Of a DNA stretch of 64,000 nucleotides, positions 27,001 through 39,000 are shown one piece after another. The DNA lies in contig JBAZTA010000002.1 of NCBI GenBank assembly GCA_041662125.1, positions 9,064 through 73,063 on the forward strand, given 5' to 3'. Each line of letters starts with the position of its first letter. Within the stretch, counting starts at the first letter, position 1. The notes beneath the pieces were generated by a model that searched no databases, was not told the origin of the DNA, and worked only from the letters and a program-made list of their open reading frames with translations. The translations under genes were made by a program, and so were the position numbers. The DNA comes from Candidatus Omnitrophota bacterium (GTDB taxonomy: Bacteria > Omnitrophota > Gorgyraeia > Gygaellales > Profunditerraquicolaceae).

Positions 27001-30000
27001 TAGATAAAACAGGGGCATATGATGAAAAAATAATCGTATTATTGGCAGGTAAATCAGCAGTGGTTTTGTTGCAGGAATATGATGTTATTCCTTACGGCAA
27101 TCTCGTTATTCCTGAACAGGCATTAATCAGGAAAGTCCAGCAAACAAGGGTTTCTGCTTCGCCTATTTCGAAAAATTTTTACGCTGAAAAGAAAACGTTT
27201 ACAAATTTAGTTGGGTTGCGGAGGTATGTTTTGGGCTTACCTCTTCCGTGGCTGGTGGGGGGCCTTTACTCCGCAGCCCATACTAATAATCAAGGAGGTT
27301 TCGGATGCTTAGTCAATATCAATTCAGTCAGTTACAGGTCTTACAGCTCAGGGTTTTATCTTCCCGCGATGTGGTTGTCTATACATGTGTTCCTGATTGC
27401 CAAACAGTATTTGAGTTTATCCTCTCGCCTTTGGGGTACGCGTGGGGAAAATCACCGGGCGGCTGGCTTGAGCTTACCTATGAATGCGCCGAGCAGATCA
27501 GGGAATTACTCCACGGACAAATTAAAGAAATCCCTATATATTTTGAAGGGCAGTCCTTGGGCAGCGCGTAATCGGGCTTATGCTGTTTTTGCCAGCAGCG
27601 CGCTTGAACATAATAGTTCAGCAGCACCTTATTCTTTAATTACTTCAGGCAAGCTTAAGCAATATGCTCGTTTCTGGTCGTTTTTGAGCCTTGGTTTGGG
27701 TGCTTTATGTGGCTTCTATAAGTTTGATTTTGTTAATTTGCCTTTTGTTTTTGTAACGATACTTTTGCTTGCGGTAATTATATCCACACAAGCATATGTC
27801 GTGCGCAGTTTGGAGGAGGTAATTACAGTTTATAATAAAGGAATAGAGGCTGATAACGGGAGTATTTGTTTCTTAGATGCTGCTCAAAATATTGTTGTTC
27901 ATCCGGCGATCCTTGCTGCCTCCCAGGAGAAGATACTGTCCCGTATCCTGATAACATTCTTGTCTCCCCTTTTGATCCTGCATAAAATAAACAATAAAAT
28001 TGTTTCTGCTATCTTACGCAGGGTATCTTTAACGCATCAACCTGTAAAGATGCTTTTACCCGTAGTTGATAGAACAGGAAGCTTCTTGTCATATACTTTG
28101 GGCGGCTATGTTTATGTTATGGCGCTGGAAGCGCTCACGATGATCATTACCTTACCATACGGAGTATTGCCTGCTTTCTTGTATCTTTTTGTTGTCAGTA
28201 TAGTGCCTTATTCCTTGGTGAGTGAATATCTTAATTCTCTTTGGATGAGCCGGTATTTAAGCCAGCAGTTAGGCAAAGCGTTGGTGGAAAAGGCAGAAGC
28301 GCGAGAATCGGCGATACGGGATCCTTTGACCGGCGCCTATAATCGTAGGTACCTTGATGAGGAATTGCCGAAATGGACTGCACGCGTCAGAAGAGGCAAA
28401 GATGAACTTTCGATCCTGATGCTCGATATCGATTTCTTTAAGAAAGTCAATGATACCTATGGCCATACAGCAGGAGATGTTATCTTGAAGGGAGTTTCTC
28501 GATTGATCCATGATTCGATCCGTACCAATGATTCATTATTCCGTTACGGAGGGGAAGAGTTTTGCCTTGCCTTGTCATGTAAATTAGCGGATGCCGTTGT
28601 GAAGGCGGAAAAGATACGGAGGGTGATAGAGGAATATGCGTTTAATCATCGTGGCGTTGAAATCAGTGTTACGGTCAGTATTGGGGTAAGCGAGTTTGAT
28701 AAAGAAAATATCGATGACAGCCATAAGGATGTTATTGAGCGGGCGGACAGAGCGCTTTATGAAGCTAAAGAAAGCGGCAGGAATAAAGTAGTGGCAAATA
28801 CCTTCGGCTCCAGCAGCTCTGCAATAAATAATAATCAGCTTAAAAAATATTTTATGAGTCTTTATTCGTATGCCGCAGGGCGAGCAGTTATATTGAATAC
28901 TAACGCGGCTCAGGCGCATATGGTATCATTGCCGATTGTCAGGGTTACAAACTTGCCCGAAGCACTCAAGATATTGGCAGATGAATCCTTTGGAAGATGG
29001 TTGGATATACAGGGGGCGTGGCGCGCTGAGCATACCATGGATATAGATGATTATCGGGGTTTTCTTACGGGTAAAGCAGAAGAGCCGGGGGAGTTATACC
29101 TTGTCTTTTCGTTACAGCCTTCTGTTATAGATGTTGAAGGTTTTGTGAATCTTAAGGTTTCCTTGTTGGGGCAGGATATGCGCGTTGTCCATGAATACGC
29201 GTTTCTGGAAATAGCGCCATGGAACCGGTGTCCGGTGGATCAGCGACGCTATTCAGGGCTCGGGCATGAATTGAGAATTTTTGGTATTCAGGAATTATTA
29301 TCACATGACCAAAAAATAGTACAGCAGGTTACCCGTGATAAAATCAGGGTTTTAGGCCACCGGGATGTTGCAGGGGATATTTTTGAGGATGGCATACACC
29401 GGGGGTATGTGGAGGAATATCTAACCGTTCAAGCAGAGAAAAGGCGTTTATGTATTGAAATGTTCGGCTTACAAGATGAAGCTGATATTCCGAGTTCATC
29501 TCCGATTAAAATTCCAGAAAAGGCGCAAGGAAAGGCTGAAGCTGTTTATGGTAAGAATAAAGTTTTATTCAAAAGACAACTCAAAGGTTTTGATATCGGC
29601 CTTCCTGGCGCTTTCTATAATGAAAAACATTACCATGTAATAAAAGATGGCCTGGAGAAGTTTGCTCCTCTTAGTTTGCGCGCGCCTCCTCTGTGGGCTT
29701 TGGAGATCACAACTTCTCTGTCATCCACCGGCGGAGAATATATTGCTTTAGATGCACTTTCTAGAACCGTTATTATTCATCCTGCCTATTTTGACCTTCC
29801 GCAAAAAAGCCAATTAGTGGCCCTGGCTAGTAAGCTTATTTTGATATTCTTGGGGATAGAACATAAATCATTATCAGAAACCGCGGCAGAGTCACTGGTG
29901 TCCAATAATAAGAATATGCTCCGGTTACTTTCTTCTCTTATCAACCTTCGTACTAAGCTTACCTATAGTTGCCTGTCACTCCATGATATTGAAGCAGCGC

Positions 30001-33000
30001 TGGAAGTTTATCTTTCAATCAGCGCGCCTCGGTACGCAGCAGCCTATTTTGAAATCGGATTAAGCGTATTAACACATATTCTGGACGTTTTGGAGATCTA
30101 TGTTGAATTCGTGGATCATGTGTCGTTTAATGCCCAAGCGCTTGTCGCGTTATTAATACATATTAATCCGACAAGGGAAACTAATTCCTTAAGCAGGTAT
30201 TTAAAGAAAAAATATATTAATGATAAGGCTACCAGAGACTATGTAGTATTAATGCAGCGGTTTAATTCTTTGCCTGCTTTACGGATCGTCAGAGGTGAGG
30301 ATGCTTTAGAAAAATATATCTGTATGATTTTAATGTTGTCAGGTGTTCATGGGATCATATTGGTGCTCGCCGATAAGCTTGCTTCCGGCAGGCATCTAGA
30401 GACAGTTGAGGAGAGGATCTCGTGGGCAAATGAAGTGCATTGTATTTACGCGCCTTTAGCTGAATTTTTGAAACTAGAAGGCCTTGATCGGCAATTCAGG
30501 GAAGTCGTTTTTTCTTATACGCATATCTATGAGCAAGTTGTTGCTGCGGTCCAGGAAATTATGGGAGGCAGGAATTTCCTGGAAGCACAGGATTTCCTGA
30601 AGGCAAAATCAGAAGAAATACAGCTTGGCCTGGCAGGAAAAACCATTTTTATTGAAGAGATTTTGTTCCGCGTGAAAGACGCTTATACCTGCTGGAAAAA
30701 GGCAATGACAAAGAAAGAATATGACAAAGATATCAAAAGGTTGAAAGATGTTTTTGGGGTCACGATCATCAGCAGGCAAAGGAATGATGTGTATCATATC
30801 TTGAGTTATTTATTAAGTAATTTCCCTTTGCAGGATCTTTCTGAAGAAAATCCCGAGTATAAACATCATAATAAGGAATTCGCAGGCATCCAAGCTCAAT
30901 GGAACGAGCATGTTGTTTTTATCAATATTGAAGGTGTGCCTTGCGAGGTCCAAATATTCTCCCGGGAAGATTGGAAAGCAAAGCAAATGTTTGACCGTCC
31001 GCATTGGGTATATAAATTAAGCCGTGAAAGCGCCGGCAAACATTACGCAAAGAACAATGTGGCTGATATTGAAATTGTATCCGGCCATATGAAAGGCATG
31101 AGGAGAGGTGCAGTCTTATTGCGCATGCCTCCGCAAAAATATGATTTGATTTCTTCCTGGCAAAGTATAAGCATGGAACAATACGAGGAAGTCATAGCGC
31201 TGATACGTAATAATACTTATTCAATGGTAATTCATCGGTCTCGTAAATATCCCGGGGTCCTGGAATTAACTTTCTCCGCGCTTGAAAATAAGCCGGGAAA
31301 TTTGAGAAGCCTTTTTGCTTTATTTGGCACACAGATGAAGAAAGTAGTCCCGGCGTATGGGCAGAATTTTAACTTAAGATCATCGCGGTTGTTCTTACTT
31401 CCTGTCCAAGGAAAAGTCGAAACCGGGGACATATTCTTGTCGGAAGCCGAGCATATGGTTGCCGGATCTGCGATCCATGCGCAAAGCAGCTCAAGCATTG
31501 TTAAGGAATTATTGCGGCCGTTGCGGTTCAAACGATTTGGTTTACCTTCCGTGGCTGGTGGGGGCCGGATCGCCGCAGCGGCCGTATTTATTTCGTCTTC
31601 CCCGATTTCTGCGCCGGTTGATGGGCTGATCTTTGGGTTTATCATTGCCGCAGGGTATCAAATTGGAGATGAAACTGTTTCGAGGAATTATTTTATCCCT
31701 CTCCATGTCTCTTTTGACCCGTATAAGACAATCAGCGGCAGTGAAGAAGAACGCCTTATCAATAATCTCCCTGAAATAATTATTGAGCAGGTTGAATGGT
31801 TAAGGCAGCAAAGATGGTTTATTGATAAAGGCAATAGCAAGCAGTACGCTCTGGAAATAAAAGATTTCTTTGTCTTGAGATGTAAAAACAGCATCAGCGA
31901 TAGTGATTTTATAAAGCAATTAGGCGGGATGTATGTTAATAAAATAAATGATCTCTGTCTGGTATTGGCGGAATATACGGATAGTTATTATCAGTCCTTG
32001 TTTGAGTGTATGGCCAGGGGAGCCAGTATTTTGACGCGCAATGATAATGTCGTTGAATTTAGGCATTTTAATGCCGTCTCAGGCATCGAAGAAGTTGAAA
32101 TTGAGAAAACTGATACGTTAGGACTGCCTTCTTCAAATGTGTTAATCCCGCTTCTTGGAAGGCAGGGTATCAAAGTATTATATAAGACATATAAAGTAGT
32201 TGGTATTAATCCGGAAGCAGAGCTTTTATCTGTGCTTACTGAACAGGGTTATTCTGCTATTCCGCGGTTACTTGGGACAGTTGTTTATCGTAAGGGTGGT
32301 GAGGTGGAAATGCCTTTAGGTATATGTATGCAGAGGATTGAGAATCAAGGTGATGGGGGTGGCGTTATCTGGGGTTGTTACGATCAGGTGATCGGAAATC
32401 ATGCGCCGGCGCAAAATGAAATAGTGAAGCAGTCTACAATAACACAACTGAAAAAAATGGCTCAAACTCTGGCATCATTCCATATTGCTTTGGCGCGGGT
32501 AAATGATGATAAATATATTCCCCTTGTATCGTCTCAAGAAGATAGGGGGCTCTGGGTTTCCGGAGGAAGCACGTATTTGAAACAAGCGACCCGTCTGCTC
32601 CGGGAAACAAAAGGTTCGGATACAATTGATTCGGTGAAATCACGGCTGCAGAGTTGCGAAGACAGTTTTGATGCTGCTTTAAGCGGAATAGTCGGTGCGC
32701 GAACTTTAGTCAAGGGGCGTATCCATGGTGATTTTCATTTTAGCCAGATACTCCGCAGTACCACAGGCCAGTATATCATTATAGATCTGGAAGGAGAGCC
32801 GTTGGCAAGCCCGCATCAGCGCTGGGAAAAGAAAACTCCTTTGCAGGATGTGGCAGGAGCAATAAGGTCATTTGGGTACATCAAACATCTGATCTACGCG
32901 ATCAAAGCCGGTTATATTAAAGGAGAGGAGATCGGACAGGAAATAAATGGAGAAGCAAAATATAAAGCGTCAATTGACTTCTTGGAAAAGAAGAATGATC

Positions 33001-36000
33001 CATTAGTTCAGGAAGTTAATACCTTAACGCAGCAATTAGTGAGCGCTTGGGTCGATGCTTATTTAGATACGATAGAAAAAGAAGAAATGACCGGGATTCT
33101 ATTCTCTGCCCAGTATTCGCGTGCCGAGGCTAAAAAGGTTATTTATGGGTTTGTGTTAACCAAGGCCGCTTATGAATTTAAGTATGAAATGGACGTGCGG
33201 CCGGGTATAGGGATGGAGTTGATCCCGGTTGAAGGGATCATAGATGCTTTACAACAGTATTATTCTTCTGAAAGTGGCAGCAGCCCCATAAGAACAAGGG
33301 GCAGTGAAAGTGATTTATATCAAATCGATACGGCTTCCCGTCCTTTCCTGGGTATTCGCTCTTTAGGTGTTTTTGCCCCGCTTGCTTATTGGAGAAGTGA
33401 ACATGATTGGGGTACGGGAGATATTGATGTCCTGTTAAAAGTCGTTGATTTCTCAAAAGGCATGAATTTATCTCCGCTGCAGCTGCTTCCTTTGAATTAT
33501 CCTCTCGGTGATAACTGTCCGTACCATATTGCCAGCACGTATTATTTGGACCCGGTATATATCGGTATCAATACTATGCTGGACTATTTGAATATTCCTC
33601 ACCAGGAAAGGACAGTGATGCTTGAGGGGTTAAGCGCGGACATAAAATCTTTACGAAAGCAGGCGTTTGAAAAATCAAAAAATGATGAAACGAGGGCGTT
33701 AAAGTACCCTGTATTTAAATTAGCCTACGAATACTTTAAAAACCGCTATCGAGAAGGATATTGTGACGCGATCTTCTCTTCTTTCACGCAGTACCTCTCT
33801 GATAACCATTTTTGGCTCAGCGACCATATTTTGTATTTTATTTTATCGAAACAATTCGGGAGTTATGATTTCCGGGAATGGGATAATAAAAATATTGTAT
33901 TACGGGATCGGGAGATGATCGAGTATTATAAAATGCTGCATAAGGAAGAAATAGAGTTTGAAGCGTTTTTGCAGTGGATATTGACCGGACAATTATTTCT
34001 CGTCAATAGACATGCTTATGAGGGGGATACTAAGGTTGATATTATGCTTGACCAGCCTTTCGCGTTTGGATACGCGGATGTCTGGTGTAACCCCGCGGCA
34101 TTTGTTATGGACCCTGATACCTACCAGCGGTATTTTACCCAGGGCGCTCCGCCTCACCGGCTCGATATTCCCCAACACTGGCAATTCCCCTTGCTTGATT
34201 TTAATAGCCCTGCGGCAAAGGAACTTCTTTTATCAAGGCTTAATTTCTTTTTACAGTTTTCATCAATACTGCGCATCGATCATCTCTTAGGGTATTATAG
34301 GATTTATCATATGTTTGATGATCCGAAATGGGAGATGACCTTGGCTCGGATGGGGATATGGGAAGAGATCGCCAAGATATACGAAAGCCAGATGAGCATC
34401 CTCGAGAAAAGAAAGGCCATATATGCGGTAATTCTTGAAGGGTTAAAAAAGAATTTACCGTATAGCATGGCGCGGCAGTTGTTCAATAGCTCCATGGATG
34501 ATCTTCAGCATGCGCATGTCATCCTTGCGGCACGCAAAGATTTTGCTTCTCTTCCAGCTAAGCGCGAGGAAAGTGGCTGGTACGCGCAGTACTCGACTGA
34601 ACATAAACAGGAGCTTTTATGTTCCATGCTTAATCCTAGCGAATACGGCGAAATAGATTATCTGGAATTGCTTATCAAGGATCCTGAAATGTTCTTGAAG
34701 CCTGACGATAGCATCCGCTGGTGCTATTTTAAAATGGGGTTGGGCGAAGAGATCATATCTGAGTTTATGGCAGCAGCTCAGAAGCAGGGAAAAGTTCTGG
34801 TCATGGAAAATCTGGGTGTCGTCCCTCAGGAAATTGATAAGTCGCTTTTTGAACTTGGCTCTTCGGTGTTTCGGCCGCTCTATTTCGGGTATAAATATTT
34901 TATCGGAGATAATAATCCGTATTGGTTCCCTAAAATAAACGCTCATGATTACGCTTGTTTTATGATACATGATTCGGTGACGTTACGCTGCTTCTGGGAG
35001 GCAAAAGGGAAATGGGGGGCAATCAAGAATTATTTTAAAGGTGGCCATGAAAAAGAAAACGTTGTGTCTTGGTTAAAAGAAAACGGATATTTGGCGCAGA
35101 AATCACCGGTTGACCTGTCTTGTTTAAACGGACACCTTCATTTTGCTGTTCTTGCTTCAGTGGCGGATTGCAATGCGAGTATGTGTGTTTTAATGATGCC
35201 GGATATATTCGGCTCAGGAGAAGAAGGCATTATCAATATGCCGGGTAATTCAGGCTTTTGGACCGCGCGCTCCCTGGTGACAATAGAAGATTTATTGTTT
35301 GAACTACAGAATGAATCACATCTTAAGACCAACGTTCCGGCTGCGCAGGCTGTGTCGATGCTTAAAGAATTAGCATATTATAGACAGCGGGATAGTTTCA
35401 TAAAGCAAGTGCCCTTATTGCCGGACAATACTGCTGCGCTTATTACGACCAATCCGTTGATGGGAGACGGTTTTAAGCAAATACGTTTCCAGGGCCAGGA
35501 TTTCCTTGTTGATGTGGTAGTCTATGGCCGGGCCCAAAAAGTAAAGCTTGTGCTTGATAATAAAACAGATATTGTTATGAAGAGGCTGGAAGTAAAATAT
35601 GGCTTGCCCGCAGGATTTTCAGTATACCGGGCAAACTTTCGCATTGATGCTGCGGCTACGGCGACAGTTTCCTATCGGATCAAAATTAATGGCAATACCC
35701 ATCATCTCGCCGGGTATCTGGTTTCCATGCCGCAGGGGACGGATACTAATCCCTTATCATATGATTATGGAAAGATAAAACAAGAGTCTTCTTCTCCTCT
35801 CCAGTCTCCTGTTTTCTTAGGTGCGTTGGTTAGTATCCGCAGTTGGCAAAGACAGAGCGCGTTGTTTTCCGTGGGAAGGTTAAATAAATCAACATCCAGC
35901 CCGCTTGTGAAGGTCGAGCCGATTGCAAGGATAGAGGAAATGCTCAAAACCTTCCCCGCAGAGTGTATTGATTGGTGGAATTGGGAAGAGCGAAAGTCTG

Positions 36001-39000
36001 AAAACGCCATTCTCAAATCAGGGCATATTTTAATGATTAGTAATCTGTATCCATTTCAGGTATATTTACGCCAAGAGTTAACAGGCCAGGACCAGTATAT
36101 ATCTTCTGTTGCCACGACTAAGCAAGAAAACGTCGTAATGCTCTATGGTTTAGCTCTGGGTGCCTATACCTTGAGTTTTCAATGGCCGGGGAATCGAGAA
36201 AATGGCGGTTGGGAAGGGCGTGGTTATCGCTTGTGGGTACTTGATCAAGGGGAAGATATTTGTTTTGACACTACGTTACTGTCTGCGTTTAATCGCAAGC
36301 TTAATACGATACAAGAGGATAATTTGGGTTTAATATTAGGCGTTAATCTTGCAGACCTGGGCGCGCGGGTAAAGGTTGATACAGGACTTCAGGGAGCCAG
36401 GCTTGTAATTAACAAAAATATCGCTGTCCGGGAAACGAGGAAGCTTATCAATGCCTTTCCAATAAATAATACTCCCGTTTCGTTCTATCTTTTTAATGTT
36501 TTAAAGACTTCCTATATCTCACGTTTGGTGCACGGCTTAAACTATCCTGAGATCACTCAATGGAATGAAGATAAAATACGTGCTCATATAGAGGAAAAGA
36601 TAGCTGAATTTGGGATCCATAATACGCAGGTAAAAAGTGTTCTCGTGCTGGCTGATTCTTACCTTTTGTTAAGGTTGGTAATTGATGGTAATGAGTTTTC
36701 GCTGCCCATGGGATATCATACCAAACAGGTTACCTATCGGCTGGGAAGTAAGAAGAGCCCTGTTACGTTCTGTGAACAATTCGGGAATCCATTCTCTCCC
36801 CGGGGGATCGTTGATGTTGAAAATTATATTGATGATTATCAGCTGCGGGGTATCATTGCAGCATTGCATCAGCGCGGGAAAAAAGCTCTCGGTGATTTCT
36901 ATGGATGGCGTATTGAAGGTTTGAGAGAAGATGCCTATAAATATTTCAGCCATAAAGTAATTGATAATACCGCTTTGAATTACCAGGAGATTACCCGTAG
37001 CTTTGGCCGCGGGATTGTATGGCATTTCAGCGATAAACAGGTATTGTTGTATTTTCGGGGTGATTCACAAGACCAGTTATTCCCTGATTTGGGAGAGAAA
37101 TATGGAAGTACGCAAGAACGGGAGAAATACGATTTCTGGAAAAACGCGTATTTGCGCTATTTAAAACAACGTATTGACCTTGGCTTTGACGGCTTTAGGG
37201 TTGATTTAGCCTATGAACTATGCAAATCAAAAGTAGGCGCAGGCAGGGACCATTCGCTTTTAAAAGAAGTATTGTTTGAAGCTATTGCGTATGCCCGCCA
37301 AAGCTATGGAAGAAAGATTTATTTTGTACTTGAGGTGTATGGCGAAGTTCCCCGAAATTATTTCAGGAGTTGGAATAATGAATTAGATTATGTGGCAATA
37401 AAAACTTATTTTGACGATGTTATGAAAACATTGCTTAAAAATGATTCTGCAACTCATAAGATATCCAATTTATATAACTCATTGCGTTGGGTCATGGCAA
37501 ATCCGCAGGGAGCATTAGCGGAAGTCTTGTTCTTGAGCAACTATGACGAATTGAGTTTAAAAGATATTATTCCCGACCCTGTTTTACGCAGGTTATATAT
37601 TAAGATGGCGCTTTTTATGGCTAAAAGCGGTTATAATGTGTTCTTTTGCCTGCGTGATTTTATCGAACATGCGGGTGAATTGGTCCCGGTGGCCGGCGGT
37701 GAACGCCACGGGAGCCGCTGGTACAGCCATAAATACCCGACGTTAATAGAATTAGATGAACGAAACAGAAATAAATCAGTGGTTTCTCTAGTCAAACAGT
37801 CTTTTGCCTGGCATGAATTTGTGTCGCCGGAACCTGTCGAAAGGCATTTGTTACGCAAAAAAGAACTGTTGTTTTTTACCCGTAATGGAAAGAGCAGGTT
37901 TAATCTGGCGTATATGGTGCATAGGCTTTCGTTTCTTTCCCGGGGCAAACGGTTTGTGATAACAGGGTCTTTTGCAAAGGCATTGCTTAAGTTAGAAAGA
38001 CACGTGCAGTCCCTTATTGATAAAGGTAAGGTGCCGGTTATTTTCCTGGATCTTGATTATACGTTGAGCGAGCATTTTTGGTCATCTCTGGCTGAAGGTA
38101 TCCCGGAACTTTTAGAGAAAATTGATGCTGCCGGCGGTATTATCGGGTTAAATACCGGTTGTGATATTGATATCTCGTGGGTCGGGCAACGGGTGTTACA
38201 ATCTACCCAGAAACTATTTTCTTGGAAGGTCATGATTCTGGAGAACGGGAAAAGAATATATGTCTGGGATAAAGAAGCTAAGGCTTATCAGGAGTTGCCT
38301 CTGACTGCGAGAAATAAGGCGGCGGCGATGGAACAAGTAGCTTTATCTCTTGGAATTTCACTGCGTGATTTTATTTACCTGGCAGATTTCCCGGAGAATG
38401 GCCATATTAATATTCCAGGCGAGGATGATCTTGTTCTGGATTATCCTTTGGGAGTTGTTATTTGCCAAGGCATGAGGAATAAGTTTCCGCTGCATTATAA
38501 AAACACTTTGTTTATTAAGCCTAAATATTTAAAGCAGCCTTGGGTGGGGCCTGCGGCTACCACAGAGTATTTAAGAAGTATCAATCTTGTTATGGGTAAT
38601 AATAGTGCTAAGCTTGTTCCTCAACAAAAAGAATTGCTGGGTTTTTTAAGCGTTAAAGTACCGTTCGAGCATCTTAAGGATGTTATTCCCATGGTGTGGA
38701 CATTTGATAATGCGGAAAGTATGAGCGTGGTTAATCAGGGTGTGCCGGTATGTGTTTCTGTCGGAGCTCCGGGAATGGTACATGCGGGAGTTAAAAGCAA
38801 AACCGGTGAATGGATACGTACGTATGACCAGCCATTGATATTTAATGAAAACCGGCGCATTTGGGAAGCATTATTACGTGATCCTGATATAAATGAATTT
38901 ACGTTCATCTGGTATGATCAAAAGGGAACCCAGGTTAAATGGGAAGGCAGGACTTTTTCGCTTGTCAGAGGAATAGAGTGGGATTGGAAACAGCATGCGG

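Noticed and set aside
27284-27307. TAATAA plus Shine-Dalgarno plus ATG interpreted as a boundary between two ordinary genes
   Set aside because: The stops are in frame 2 only. Frame 0 remains open through and well beyond this site (checked codon by codon 27183-27700), and the GGDEF module downstream is in frame 0. So this is not where the giant ORF ends.
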